Assembly (NCBI RefSeq): GCF_009914755.1
Contig: NC_060936.1
DNA length: 64,000 nucleotides
Source of the DNA: the human T2T-CHM13v2.0 reference genome, Homo sapiens
Reading direction: 5' to 3' (one strand)
Part shown: piece after piece, positions 1 to 17,012 of the stretch
How the letters are laid out: every line of letters begins with the position of its first letter
Position numbering within the stretch: position 1 is the first letter of the stretch
Translations under genes and position numbers: made by a program
Notes under the pieces: model-generated
The model's input: only the letters and a program-made list of their open reading frames with translations
The model's database searches: none
What the model was told of the DNA's origin: nothing

Positions 1-1
1 G

Positions 2-325
<324 letters not shown>

Positions 326-877
326 ATGGGTTCTAGTTTTGGCTCTGCCACTTCCTAGCTGTGTGACCTTGGGTAAGTCATTTAACTTCCCTGTGCCACT
401 TTCTTCACCTGTAAAATGGCATAAATAGTAGTGCCTCCCTCCTGGAAGTGGGTGGCAATGCACTTCATGCCATGCTAAGCATATAGTGAGTATCACTGAA
501 GTGTAAGCTGTTATTATGCATGACTTGACACTCAATGTGCTTACTTTTGCTAGATATATGTGTGGGGAGTGAGCTGCTCTCGTTCATTCATTGATTTAAC
601 TAGCATATACAAATCCTCACTACAGCCTAGGCACTGATCCAGCACTGGGCACACAGCAGGGAACAGAACAGACAAGGTGCCTGGCCCCGGGGAACTCATA
701 GCCCAGCAACAAACCAGAGATTGTTTCACAATCAGCTAATTATTTAATGCAGATAATCCCTATAGTTAATTCCAAAGGTGCTATGAGGAAGTACCAGGTT
801 GCTAGTAGAGTGAATAAAATTGGTAGTCAGAGGAGGCTCTCAAGAGGGAGTGCTATTCTAAAGAATGAGGACACTCA

Positions 878-1314
<437 letters not shown>

Positions 1315-1324
1315 TCAGTGTAAC

Positions 1325-1575
1325 TAGAGCAATGATTCTCAAAACCATTCTTGAGCATGCATCAGGATACCTTGGAGGACTTATAAAATACAGATTGCTG
1401 GATCTCTATCCAGCCAAATTAGAATCATTTAGCTTCCAGGACATTCATTTTCAAAGGGGAGTCTTCCTGCGTTCTGTTCACCCTCTACCCTTTCCTTAAA
1501 CTGTCTGTACTTGACAATTTCAGGGCAGAATTTCTAATTCAGTTGGGCTGGGGTGGAGCCAAAGAATTCGGTTGG
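1325..1575. mobile_element. MER5A-like hAT MITE interrupted by a ~115-bp local insertion
   Basis: aaaatacagattgctgg...|...cagaatttctaattcagttgggctggggtgg resembles the two halves of MER5A. Confidence 0.6.
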
Positions 1576-2024
1576 GTCATTGAATGTCAGGAGAGGAGGG
1601 GGTCAAGGAAGACCCCCCTGCCACGGGGTTTCTGGTTTGAGCAAGTATGTAGATGGTGGTGACATTTCCCAAGACTGGGAAGCAGGTTTGCTAGAGCTGG
1701 AGATGGAGAGTAGCCAAGATGAAAAGTTGAGTTTGAAAGGGTAAGTTTGAGATGCCTATGAAGACATCCAAGTAAAGGCATGATGGAGACAGATAAATAG
1801 ACCTAAATAAATTTAACGCTCAGAAGGCAGTTTCTGGGAGGAGGTGACAGAAGATAGAAAGGACTAGATAAGGTTCTTAATCCAAAGTCAGTAGAATAGA
1901 TGGGACTTTGAGGGGTGTGGGAGGGAGGTCTTTGGTATTCTGAAAATGCGTCAGAATTTTATGTGCATGTGCCTTTTCTTGGGGAAGAGTTCACAACTGT
2001 CATCAGACGCACAACAGCGTATGA

Positions 2025-2306
<282 letters not shown>

Positions 2307-3147
2307 TAGGCTCCAGCTGTAGGGGTCACTGGGTCTTGGGGGTGGAGCTTGGATCCTGAAGATCACTTGCCAGGATATGGTTTTTTTCTGGGATGCTTCC
2401 ATGCCCTACTGTCTTCCAACGTAACCCTGATCCTGGTTCCTCCCTGGAAGCCACTCTGAGCCTTCTGTCTCTTAGAGCTGAGCTCCATCCAGGGTGAACT
2501 AGGGAGCCTGTGGCAGAACATGAGCAATGATTGAGCCTGCAGATATCCTGGTTGTACCTTAGCAAGTTATGTGTCAGTTTAAAGAGCATGCTAAGCACAT
2601 GTTTATACTTGTGTGTATGTGGAATGCTTTCAGTTTTCTCGTATCCTGGGTTCTGATACAAGAAACTTAGAAAGCCAAGTTAGAATTATTTGGCTTCCAA
2701 AGCATTTGTTCTCAAAGGCGAGTAATCCTGAACTCTGTTCACCCTCTAACCTTTCCTTAAACTGTCTGCACTTGACAGTTTGGGAGCAAAGATACAACTG
2801 TCCTGGGGTCTGCCGGACTCCAAGAGTTCAGTTGAACAACCCAGCTGGAGACATCTACAATGTCATCATCTCCAGCTTGATGTCACATTTGACATGTAGA
2901 ATGAAATCTTGCGAAAAGTTTATTCTGAAAAACTTGCCAGTCAACTCGATAGCGAGAATTTTGTGACCCATTAAGTTTTCCTAATTGTCTTAACTTCCAG
3001 GAAATTCAATAAAAAATACAGTATTTCATCACACAGCCATGGCATTTTCTCAGATAACTTTCTTCTCCTTGGGGAGTTAAACTTCTAGTCATAGTCTAGG
3101 TTGTCTCAGGTCCGTTTTGGAAATAAAGAGGAAATAAATTAAGATAA

Positions 3148-3573
<426 letters not shown>

Positions 3574-3689
3574 TAGATCACCCTCCTTTCTTGGCCAGCT
3601 TAAGAGGTGCCTTAAGAGGTTTGTATGAAAGGACCCAGCTCAGCAGTGAACATTGACAGAACAACCTCAGAGTATTTGGATGAATTATT

Positions 3690-4100
3690 TCTCCTCCTCT
3701 GCTTCTGTGACTTTTTTTCTTCCTTCCCATCCTCTCTTCTTCCCTCTCTGTTCATCGCCCTCTGGCCTCTGTTCTTTCTTTGACCCCATTTCTCACCTTA
3801 TGGGTCTTCCTCTCCCAACATCTTTCCTTTCTCTCTCTCTATTCCATTTCTTATTTCCATTTTTTTATTTCCTCACACTCTCCTCTTGTTTGAGCCCTTT
3901 TCTTCCTCTAATCCTTACTGCTTTTTTCTCCCCTTTCCTCATTTTGTTATTTCTCACATCTTCACACCCTTTTCTCGGCGATTTCTCTTTACTTTGTCCT
4001 CTTTCTTTCTCCCAGGCATCCTTCTCTTCCCCAGTCCTGCTTCTTACTCATCTTACCCCAATTAAGTCCTTTTTCCTTCTCCCAATTTTTTCATCCCCCA
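3690..4100. repeat. CT-rich low-complexity tract
   Basis: Long polypyrimidine run on the + strand. Confidence 0.8.
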
Positions 4101-5135
4101 TCCACTGCTGCAGAGTCCTGCCTTTGAAACCGTGTTTCAATAACCATGTTCTCCTCAGTTTCTGTCAGGGGCCTGGCAGGAAAGCATTGGCACACTTCAG
4201 TAGGATAATCAAGGGCTTGATGAAGGTGTTATTGACAAAGGTCCGGGCAGAACTAAGAGGAATCAGCAAGGGTTGGCGAGTCACCCTAGCACCAGCAAAA
4301 ACAGGTTTGCTGTTTCCCCTTCTAAGGCTGAAGAGATAGAGGAGGGAATGGTTACCAGAAAGGAAGATAGGTGTAGCCTAACAGGAATGCAGTCACTGTC
4401 CAACTAGCAGTGGGTTGGGGGGAGCCAAGGAAATAAATACCGTAGTCCCACCCTCCTCTTTGCTACAAACTCTTTATTTGCCCAGAGAACTCTTCAGCAA
4501 TCCAAGCTTTCAAGAGGCTTTGTTGTAATCCCTGGTGCTCTCCTTGACCAACTAAACCTGAAGACAGAGGTCAAGGTTTATTTGGTGGAGTCCAGTTAGT
4601 GCAGCCCATACTGGTCAGCCTCCTGGGGCACAGAGCAGGGTGGAGAATGAATCTGACGGGGCAATGGAAGATGTTTCACACACCGTCCTAGGTGTGCTGC
4701 TCTGTTCTGACCCACAGGGCCAGGAGAAAGGCCAGAGGTCTTGGGGAAGTTGTAGGTAGATCACCCTCTTCACAACAACCAGTGTAGTGGAGAGCATGCC
4801 ACATTTAAGAGATGGAAGACTTGGAGTTGAGCCCTTGTTTTTCCATTCTCTAGCTGTGTACTATTGGACCAGTCCTTAAGATTTTGGATATTCCCCTTTC
4901 TCCATCCAAACTCCACTTTCTTCATGGGTAAACTGAAGCCCTTTCTACTGAGTTTTCAGGGTGGATGGGCTGAATAAATATGAATTGTGCAGGGCTCTGT
5001 AGTAATAATAAAAGTGTGCTGGCTATTGTGTCAGTGTGCTTTGGATGAGGAGGAAAGATAAAAATGGGCACTCATGAAGGTAAGAGCAACAGCGCTTGGC
5101 TGCCACATCTTCAATCCCTGTCTCTCCTCCCCAAG

Positions 5136-5301
5136 GTGTGGAAGCGTTCTGGAGCGTGGTTCTTCAAAGGCTTCCCCAAACAGGTCCTCCCACAGCCTAT
5201 GCCTATAAAGAAGACCAAGCCCCAGCAGCCTGTCAGTGAGCCTGCTGCCCCTGAACAGCCTGCTCCTGAGCCCAAGCACCCTGCCCGGGCTCCAGCTCGA
5301 G
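5136..5301 (+). CDS. RPH3A: RPH3A exon with SGAWFF Rab-binding motif
   Basis: caag| ... |gtagga, 166 bp; [12 protein letters not shown]. Confidence 0.95.
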
Positions 5302-6464
5302 GTAGGACAAAACAGGTGCTTCTTTCAGGACCAAGGACAGATCTTAGCCAACTGGTCTACCTGAGGGATGGCCTGACATCATGTCTGTGTTTCCACCCAG
5401 TTGTTGCATGGTCAGCTTCTGCACTTGGGTCTAGGACTCCTATATCTCCTTCAGAGTTCACCATAAATCGTTACCAAGAGGGTAGCACAGGGAACTCTCC
5501 AGCAATGCCAAGCCGCCCAGAGGCTTCATTGTCATCCCTGGTGGCATATCTAGTGTACAAGAGGTGGAAATTAAAATTAGGAACTGAGAGAGACTTTCAC
5601 CACCAAGATCACACTGGAGCCTGGGAGAATACTCGGCTTGCTGAGAAGGCCTTCCTGGACCCTGTTATTTCTCCTACTATCCATAAGCAAGTCTGATTTG
5701 GACTAATTAAAAGTGAAAGATGAATAGAAGGAAATCAGTAAAAGAAAATTACTGCTACTAAATTGCTACTATTGACATTATCACTATTATCCAAGTATTA
5801 TGATTAATTATTAAAATGATTAAGAGGGAGAAGCAAAACAGTAAAAATTTTAAAAAGCAACCATAGTAAAAATACATTTTAGTTGGACTAGACCACTAGG
5901 ACTGACCAGATAAAGCCCTTGCAATAATTTCAATTGATGCTAAGTGATAAAATCTGGACTAAATGACAATTCCAGATTGAGTGCAGGCGGTACTTCTGAA
6001 AGGAAGGGTACAGCGTTTTTCATAAGATAACTTATCAAGGCACTTAGCACAATGCCTGCCACCTAAGAGGCATTCAACAAATGTTTTCTTCCTGACAAGG
6101 CAAGAGCAATTTCTACTCCTTGCAGAGAATCACCAAATTGCCAACATATATTGCATCCCTGAGGAGTCCCCAGTTTTCACCACTAAAATACTCCTTCTTC
6201 CTAGTTCTTCTAGGCTGAGAAGGCTGTATAGCATAATTGTTCTTTATAAAGCCTGTGTATGCTCATATGTGTTTGTGCATGCAAAAAAAAATGTGAAATT
6301 GTAAACAGGAGCTAGATCAAAGAGGAGGTTGGGAGAAAGACTTTTAATTTTTAAAACATATTCTTAGGCAATAGTCAATGAACCCCTTTGTAGGCTTCTT
6401 AAGTACCGGTTTTCCAGACACCAGAAAACCAGTACTCCTCATAATTTGTGTTTTCTTTCTCCAG

Positions 6465-6503
6465 GTGACAGTGAAGATAGGAGGGGCCCGGGTCAGAAGA
6501 CAG
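6465..6503 (+). CDS. RPH3A: RPH3A small linker exon (DSEDRRGPGQKT)
   Basis: ccag| ... |gtgggt, 39 bp, phase 1-1. Confidence 0.9.
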
Positions 6504-6552
6504 GTGGGTTCTGCTGACTCTGTTTTGTCATTTGAGACACGAATTCACCTAA

Positions 6553-6783
<231 letters not shown>

Positions 6784-7869
6784 TAGGGAGACTCAAAAAG
6801 AATGAGGGGAACTGTGTTTTTATTCATTTACTTAGGCAGCATTTATTGAGTCCTACTGTGTGCCGTGTTCTATTCCAGATACTGGTTTTAGTCTATGGTA
6901 GAGGAAAGACAGGATTCAGAAACAATTCTGGCTCTAGACATCCATAATTTTGGTTAGATCCTTTTCTTGCTGTAATACCATATGTCAGAAAGCATGATTT
7001 TTTTTCTCCCCGCCTCAAAAAAAAAAAAAAAAAAACCCTGGGGGAAAAATGCCCCTAGGCTTCGAACAAAGTAAGGATGCTTCACTCTCAAAGATCTCTC
7101 CAAGTCTCCCCTTGGCAATGGCCTCTGCTGTCTGGGCATATGGCATAGGTCAGCATGGCCAGGATGTCACTGACATGTGCTCGTATTGGGTACCTCACAT
7201 TTCTGGCCTCACTCTTGGTGGGTTTATTTGGTAAGAGTGCCCATTGGTAGGGGTCATGGAGCACAGGACTTTGAAGGAAATGTCTACCATATTGGAACAT
7301 CTTTGTTCCATGGCCCCTTGTCTGAGACCTCAAAGCGGCTTCATTTCTTTTGCAGGAAGGGGCTGTGTCTGGGTCTAAGTCAGATTGGCTGAATATTTAT
7401 GTCCCACATACATCTGGCCTTCTCTTCCTGAATTGTGTGTTTGTAGCTTAGCACTTCACTTCCTCTTATTGGCAACAGAGCTGGGCACGTACCTTGTGCT
7501 TCATAATCTGCCCAGACCTCCCCCCGACAATGAACCTATGGTTCAGATGAACAGAGAAAGAGGAACTTCCAGATCCTCAACATCAGGAAGTATTTATAGA
7601 GTGTTTACTATGTGCCAAATGCCGTCTCAAGTTCTTTTACATACATTATCTCATTTAATGTTTGCCACAACTCCAAAATCCACGTATGAGACTTCTGTTA
7701 TTCGCATTTTACAGAATGGAGAAACTGAGCCTCAGAGAGGCGATGCTACTTGCCTTAGGTCACACAACTGATAATTGGTTAGAATGAGAATTAATTCCCT
7801 GTGTGTCCAATCTCAAAGCCTGTACTTTTTCTTTTCTCTTCCAGAGGTAAAGTTTCTTTTGACAATGCC

Positions 7870-9430
7870 TTTTAAAATTATTTTTTAATTGTTGTAAAAT
7901 ATATATAACATAAAATCTACCATTTTAACCATTTTCATGTGTACAATTCAGTGGTGTAAAGTACATTCACACGGTTACACAACCATGCCACTATCCATCT
8001 GCAGAACTTTTTTGTCATTACAAACTGAAACTTTGTATCCATTAAATAATTCCACACTCCTCTCTGCCCAGCCCCTGGTAACCACTCTTTTTGATTCTGT
8101 ATCTGTGGTTTTGACTACTCTAGGTACTGCGTATCAGTAGAATAATACAGAATTTGTCCTTTCATGACTGGCTTATTCCACCTAGCATAATGTCTTCAAG
8201 GTTCACCCGTGTTGTAGCATGTGTCAGAATTTCTTTCCTTTTTAACCCATTATGCTGGAGGTTGCAATATTTTTGTGTGAAAAACCAGACCTTGACGGTG
8301 ACTTTGAGCAGTAGGATATAAATAACTCCTACAAGCTTAGCATTCCAATAATGGAACACTGGGCATAAATTAAGAATACACAATATTCTATTGTGTATTT
8401 ATATAGTGTATATATATATACACACACATAATATAGTGTACATATATATACAATAGAATATATAGAAACAGTATATATAATATAAAATATACAATATACA
8501 GTATACGTTATATATTATATACATATAGTGTATATACACACAGTGCATATACTATATATAGTGGTGTATATGTATATACATGTATATATACATATATATA
8601 GTGGTGTGTGTGTATATATATATTATATATACTACATTCTGTTTATCCATTCACCCATCAGTGGGAGTTTGGTTTATTTCAACCTTTTAGCTGTTGTAAA
8701 TGATGTCATTGTGCGCCTGACATACAAATATCTGTTGCACTCTGTTCTTTTGAGTATATACCTATAAGTGAAGTTGCTGGATCATATGGTAATTCTGTGT
8801 TTAATTTTTTGAGGAACCACCATTCCGTTTTCCATGGTGGCTGAGACATTTTTAGATTCCCACCAACAATGCAAAAGGGTTCTCATTTCTCCATGTCCTC
8901 ACCAATATTTGTTATTCTCTGGGTTTTGTTTTTGTTTTTAATAAGTCATCCCAGTGGTGTGAAGTGGCATCTCCTTGTGGTTTTGACTTGCATTTCCCTA
9001 TGATTAGTGATACTGAGCATCTTTTCTTGTGCTTTTGGCCATTTGGATATTTTCCCTGGAGACACAGCTATTCAAGTCCTTTGAACACATTTTAAACTGG
9101 ATAGTTTGTCTTTTGTTGTTGAGTCATAGAAGTTCTTTATATATTCTGGATATTAATGTCTTATCAGATATATAATTTACACATTTTTCTCTTATTTCAT
9201 GGGTTGTTTTTTCACTCTTTTATAGTGTCATTTGATGCAAAGAAGGCTTTTATTTTGATGAAGCCCAGTTTCTTTTCTTTTTCTTTTCTTGCCTATGTTT
9301 TTAGTGTCATATCTAAGAAATCATTGCCTAATCTAAGATCATGAAGAAGTTCCTTTATGTTTTCTTCTAAGAGTTTTATAGTTTTAGCCCTTATATTTGG
9401 GTCTTTGATTCATTTTGAGTTAATTTCCAC
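7870..9430 (-). mobile_element. Old L1 (L1M-type) 3' fragment with nested MER85 and (TA)n-rich expansion
   Basis: Antisense L1 3'UTR/ORF2 motifs; TA-rich tract at 8395-8635. Confidence 0.75.
8246..8369 (+). mobile_element. MER85 (non-autonomous piggyBac MITE)
   Basis: TTAA target sites at 8242-8245 and 8370-8373; cccattatgc...gcataaa TIR remnants; palindrome attccaataatggaac at 8342-8357. Confidence 0.85.
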
Positions 9431-11761
9431 ATATCAAATCCTGCTTTTAACGTCTATATTATTTTGTCTTCTGAGGACAAAGACAGTCATAGGACATTTC
9501 TGAACTGGATTTGAATCCCCTGTCCCTCAGGAGTCAATGTAAATATTCGTCTTGTCTAGCTTCTAGCATCCACCTGCTCCACCTTGAGTTGGGTTAGCTG
9601 CTACCTTCTCTGAGCTCCCAGGGTGGTGAGACGCAGCCCTAATGCAGGACTTATCACTGTCTAAAGCATTATAGCCTGAATCTCTCTCCCTTGTAATACC
9701 AGGGACATGTCTCTCTCCATTAATTTATTATGTTTCCAAATATTTGGAGCATCTACCATAATTTTATCTCTTGCTCATCATTTTCCAGCCTATACTAAGA
9801 TTCTTAGTTGATTATAGGCTCTCAAATACTTACAGATTTGAATTAATAATCATAATAACAACTTAAACTTATTGAGCATCTACTCTCTGCCGGGTATGTG
9901 ATTAAACCCTTTGCATGGGTCATACTGATCCAATCCACAGCTCTTTTTGGATAGGTACTATTGTAGTCATCTTCACATAATAGATGCAGCAAAGAGAGGC
10001 TAAAACAATCTCAAGGTCACATAAAAGTAATAGCAGGGCTAGTGTTTAACCCAGGCAGTTCACGTGCAGAGCCAATGCTCCTAGCTGGTCTGTTACAAGT
10101 TCCACTTGAGGGACTGAGAGCAGCTCAGTAAAACAAATTCCCAGTAAAACTCCCTTGTTCCAGGGCTTAATCCTGGAATCTCAGAGTCCTCCCTCACACA
10201 CAGTGTGGAAATCCCTTCAGAGGTCTCTGAAAGGCTTTTGATCACCCACATACTCTCTGTCTCCCTACCTCTTGGAGCGGCTTATTCTATTGTTGATGGG
10301 CTTCAGGTGTGATTTACACATTCAACAAGATCTGAGATAGATTTGGACAGAAGTCCTACCTTCGGGGCTTCCTGGTTATGTGACCTTGGGCATATTTAAC
10401 CCCCACTACCTCAACTGCAAAATGGGGAGCACAATACCATGCATGGCATTGAGTTGTGAAGCTTCCATGAGGCGATGTTCAAGGCCTGGTGCATTTGAAG
10501 AACTCAATGACTGTTGGGTATTGTTGCATCATAAACTCATCATTTCAGTGTCTGTCTCCTTCCTGTGACTGGGCTGTGCACTCCTGGAGGATATAAGATG
10601 GTGTTTTGTTCATCTTAGCACAGGGATTGGCACTTGGTAGACACCCACTGGATGCTTGTTGAATGAACAAATGAATGAATGGACAAATGAACAGGGCCTC
10701 AAGTGAACAAACAAATGGCAGTGCTAATGTGGGAACCTGGGACAAGACTTGGTGATTTGTAAGCCCCCAGGCAGAGGTGGTAAAGCACCTTTTGTTATGT
10801 GTATTCAAGCATCCATCCAGCCAAAAGTGCTGGATTCAGGAAAGATGGCATCTAGCCCAGTGAGGTAAGAAAAAGCAGGGCTTTCTTCCCAGAACATCAC
10901 ACCTTCTGGGTACCAGAAACTGCTGCACACATCATTCCATTCAGTCCCTCTCTGGGAAACAACAGCATGTAAGGGTCTCTGGCACAGATTCCAGAGGCCA
11001 ACTGCCAGCGTTCAAACCCTGGCTCTGCAGTAACCAGCCAAGAGACATTAGATGAGCTCAGTAACTTCTCTGTGCCTCAGTTTCCCCATCTATAAAATGG
11101 AGATCATAAGGCCCCACCCCATAAGGTTATTAGTAGAAATTAAAGAAGTTCTTATATGTAAAGTCCAGGGCACATGGTAAGCACTAAATAAGTATGAATT
11201 CATTATCATTATGAGTTAAGTGGAACTGTTGCCTCCATGGGGCATCTAAGGTTCAGAGAGGATGAGTATCCAGCCCAGGGTCACACAGGCCATATGGGAA
11301 ACAGCAGGAAGGCAAAGCCAAGTCCATATGAAGATAGAGACACATTCTTTCAATAATAATAAAATAATCTCACCACCTGTCATGTGTCGAGTCTTTAGTA
11401 CATGCCAAGCACTGTTCTGAGCATTGCCTGTTTGTGTCATTGTATCTTCCCCACAACTCTATCAGCTAAGTGATTATCTCCATATACCAGGTGAGGAAAC
11501 TGAGGCCCAGAGAGGACAGGTCACTTGAGCAACGTCACACAGGTGGAAGGAGGATTGTAGAACCTGTGCTTTTTAACAACTGCTGCTGCTGTGACTCACC
11601 AGAGTCTGAGTATTGAGAAGAAAGAACACACTGAAGGCAGAAGAGTCAGAAAGAGCTGAGCGAGTGAGGAGCTGCCTCCAGTGAAAGTCCAAGGGGCTCA
11701 CCCCACACCAGCTGAGTGGTCCCAAGCTCCTTCCTGCTGTGTGTGTGTGTGTGACACATAA

Positions 11762-11998
<237 letters not shown>

Positions 11999-12311
11999 TA
12001 ACCTCTTCTAAGACCCTTACAACCAGTAATTCCCTGGGCCAAGAAGCTGGGCAGGGAGTGGGAGGAGGAGGCAGGGAGCATCTTACCCACCCAGTGCAGA
12101 AAGTGATGGCACCTCATTCGCCAGTGTTTCCCACCTCAAGGACCAACACCCCCATTTCACAGAGGAGCAAGTCAAGGCTCAGGAAGTTCCCACAGCACTA
12201 GGGCTTGGATCCAAGTCTTTCTAAATCCAAAAGCTCCTCTCCCAGTGGGACTGTTTCTGCAGCCTCGGGTACCTTTCTGCCTTCGGGCCTGTGTCCACAC
12301 CTGTGAAATGA

Positions 12312-12503
<192 letters not shown>

Positions 12504-13253
12504 TGAGAGAGAGCAGGCAGCTGCCAGAACGTGACTCAGCCTGCACCCTGAGACCTGTCTGATGAGATCTAAACAGCTCCCCCGAGTCTAAAACTTTAGA
12601 TAGTCCGTACTAAGATTAGCTAGATAGAAATGCCAACACATATAGTTTAGAGCATAGACTACCTGGGTTCAAATCCCTGCCCCTTCACTTCCTGGCTGTG
12701 TGACTTTGGACAAGTTACTTAGCTTCCCTGAGCCTCAGTTTCCTAATTTATAAAATGGGAATAATACTAGGACCTACCTCACAGAATTGTTGGGAGGATT
12801 AAACAAACTAACACATAGAAAACCTTGGTGGGTGGCCTGGAATATAATAAGCCCACACTGAGCGACAGTGGTTGCTATTAATATATATGATCAATATGCA
12901 TCACCATCATATGTACCAGTCACAGCTACAAGACACTTTTTGCTTTCTCAGGCATCAGGCACTGTTTTAAGTGCTACACCTGTATTTGTTCATTAAAAAA
13001 TACTATTATTTGAGGAGCTTCAGATATTATAATTTCCATTTTACAGATAAAGAAACTGAGGCTCAGAGACATTAAGTAATTTGCCGCAGGTCACATGGCC
13101 AAGATTCAAACCCAGGCTGTCTGGGCTCCAGAGTCCACACCACTGATTTGTACCCCCACAAGGTCTGTTTTGCTTACATCTGAATCAGCTCGAGGGGCTT
13201 ATTGTCAAACACAGATCCCAAGGTCCCACTGCATATCCACTGATTCCGGGTGA

Positions 13254-13676
<423 letters not shown>

Positions 13677-14093
13677 TAATATACCAGACCTAATAAACAT
13701 ATTAACCAAGTGATAGAAGTACAGATTTGTGTTTCTAAATTCACAAAATATCAGCTTCCTAAAGAGTAAGTGCTACATATATTTTTTATTGTGGTAAAAT
13801 ACAAATAACATCAATGGTACCATGTAAATCATTTTAAAGATTGCAATTCGGTGGCATTGACTACATTCTTGATGTTCAGTCTACTAGCTCCTCAAGAGGT
13901 TAAACATAGAATTATTATATGACTCAGCAATTTCGCTCCTAGGTGTGAATTTTAACAATTTTTAAAACTCTTTAATGTATATCTTCTAAAAGTAATTTAT
14001 TAATCATGATTTAAAATTTACTGGGCATTTTCTCTTGCATCCTTATTGAATGCCTACAATGTACCTATCCCACCCAGGCCCCAAGTCCCAGGG

Positions 14094-14122
14094 ATACGCA
14101 CACACGTATACACACACACACG

Positions 14123-14165
<43 letters not shown>
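14094..14165. repeat. (CA)n microsatellite
   Basis: Read directly. Confidence 0.95.
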
Positions 14166-14166
<1 letters not shown>

Positions 14167-15778
14167 AGTGGCATTTCCCCCCGCTAACCCTGGTGTGCCT
14201 GGGGCAGACTTTGTGAGCTGGAGAGAGGTAGAATTGGCAAGTGTCTGCATCCAATATGTGTTGGTGGGTGGGGACATTACCAGTTGTTTCTGATCAAGTT
14301 GGAAAACTGGATCCACACAGAAGGAAAAGATCAAGGGCTGTGACCAGCAACACGGCCTTGACCTGCCATGTCATCTCTCCTCACTGTAAAATGAAAAGCA
14401 CAGCACCACCTCCCCCACAGGCTAAGGGGCAGATAAACTGAGATACCTTCTGGGAAGGTGCTTCATAAAATGGAAATCATTATTACATAGTGCTAAACAC
14501 CCACGAGGAATTGTTGTTATGCGTATGGACATCAGAGGTAATAAAAGTCCACACGTGTTGGGCACTCATTTTGTGCTGGGCACTATTCTGAGTGTATTCT
14601 GTGCATTTGCCTATTTAATCTTCCCTACGAACCTGGGCATAGTTGCTTTTATAACTCTCATTTTACAGATTGAGAGATGAGGCTCCAAGAGGTTGAGGGA
14701 CTTGTCCAAGCTCATCCAGTCAGTTCAAGGAGGGGCTGGTGGTCAATCACACAGCTGTAGCAGATCAGAGGCCAGGACTGCATGGAAGATCAGCTGTCCC
14801 CCTTCGTGCCCTGTGCACTCCCATGGATCATGGGTCTGCGGTCTCAGGAGAAAGGAGAGGAGTCCACCCATCTTGTCAGCCACAGGCTGGTTCTGCTCTG
14901 AAAATGCCCTGTCTATGCACCCTTCTGCCTTCCCTCATCCTGGTCCTTCCCTGGAACACTGGCTACTGCTCCTTCCATCGGCCTTAAATGTCCCCAACCC
15001 ACCAAGCATAGATGAGTCCTCCCAGCCTCATGTCTGTCCCTGTTATTAACTTATCCCGGCTGTTTATTACAAACCTGTCTCCATACTCTATACTCTTCAC
15101 ACACTCACTCATCTCTATATTTGACAATGGTTTATTGAGCATGTACAAAGTGCCTCAAACTGTTCTAGATGCTGGGGATATCATGGAAAAAAAAAGATAG
15201 ACATGCCAGCTATTCTCCTGGAGCTAACACTCCAGTGAAGAGAGGCAGTTAACATACCAACGAATTCATTTCGAGTGGAGACAGAGCACCATAAAAGAAA
15301 TAAAATACATTGAGTGACTATGATGGTAGCTACTTTAGAGAGTGATCAAGGAGGGCTTCTCTGAGGAGGTGACATTTAAGCTGAGATATGGATAACGAGA
15401 AGGTGCCAACCATGTAAGGATCTAGAGGGAGAGCATTCCAGGCAGAGGGAACAGCAAATGCTGAGACTCATTTATTCCTTCAGCAACTAAGTGAGCACCT
15501 ATGATTATGTGCCATGTGTTGTGACTGGGGACACAGCAGTCAACAAGATAATCCCAGCTATTGCCCTCATGGGGTTCTCAATCTATCAGGACAGAAAGGC
15601 ATTACCTAGGCAAGTGCACAGATGATGAACTGATCACAGATGTCCTGAGTGCTCTAAGGTAGTGCAGGGTCTACCAAGATGAGGAACTCACAGCAAAAAC
15701 CGAGTTTTCTTCTCTTCTGTGGTCTCAATTCACAGCCCAGCCTGGGCATATAGTAAGTGTTCAGGAAATGTTTGCTGA

Positions 15779-16048
<270 letters not shown>

Positions 16049-16854
16049 TAGGCAAATTCCTTTCTGGGAGGCCTTCCTCCTCCAGGGATCGTCCCAGAGG
16101 GGTTTCACTTATCTGCAACCACCTCCTGGGAGTACATGCAGCTGGGCTTCAAGAGCAGAGTTGGCCCCTATCTGCCTGGGCCAGCAGTGTCTCTGGAGGG
16201 GATGGTGGAGGTTCTGCCCAGGAGGAGATGACAGCCTGGCTCGACAGCTGACATGGCCATGGAATGGTCCCATCCCTGTGTCTGCCTGAGGCCCCTTCTG
16301 CTGAAGCGGCTGTCACTCTGAAGCAGCAGCCGAGACACAGGGACACTAATATGGGCTTCCAAGGGGGCGGGACAGCCTCGCTGCAGGCCCTGGGGGAGTG
16401 AGCTGACTTGATTCCAGACCCCAGGGGAAAAAGCTGGGTGAAGCCAGTGCAAACCCCAGAAAGTAATTGACTAGGATTGAACCCCTACCCTGCAAAGCCC
16501 CAAGCCTGGTCCACACAGAAAAACAAGCAGGGGCTCAGGAACCAGGTTTCTTGGGTTCAGATACCAGCCCTGACCATTCCTAGCTGTGTGACTTGGGAGA
16601 AGTGACTTAAACCCTCTGTGTCTCAGTGTGCCTATTTGTAAATTGGGGATAATAGTAGTGTATCTCCCATAAGGATAGTTGTGCGCACATGTTCCAGTGT
16701 TCCCAGGACAGTCCCCTTCTATGCCTGTTGCCTCGCTATAATAATTAATTGCTTCCTTTTTCACTCTTAAAATGTCTCAATTTGAATGATAAATGAGGTA
16801 TGAAATGCTTAACACAACTCTTAGACCAACACATTCCTTTGCCCAAGTCACTTT

Positions 16855-17012
16855 TTTATTGAGCACCAATTATGTATCAGCATTTATTGGACATCTATTA
16901 TGTATCAGCATTTATTGGACATCTATTATGTATCAGCATTTATTGGGCACCTAGAATATATCATCATTTATTGGGCACCAAGTATGTATCAGGATTTATT
17001 GGACACCTATTT
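16855..17012. repeat. 28-bp minisatellite, ~5.5 copies (tttattggacatctattatgtatcagca)
   Basis: Direct tandem units resembling the L2/MIR 3' motif tttattgagcacctactatgtgccaggca. Confidence 0.85.

Noticed and set aside
3653-4339. 228-aa Leu/Phe/Ser-rich ORF
   Set aside because: Non-ATG start; a by-product of a CT-rich tract that lacks stop codons
16855-17012. CRISPR-like regular repeats
   Set aside because: Head-to-tail units with no unique spacers, in human DNA
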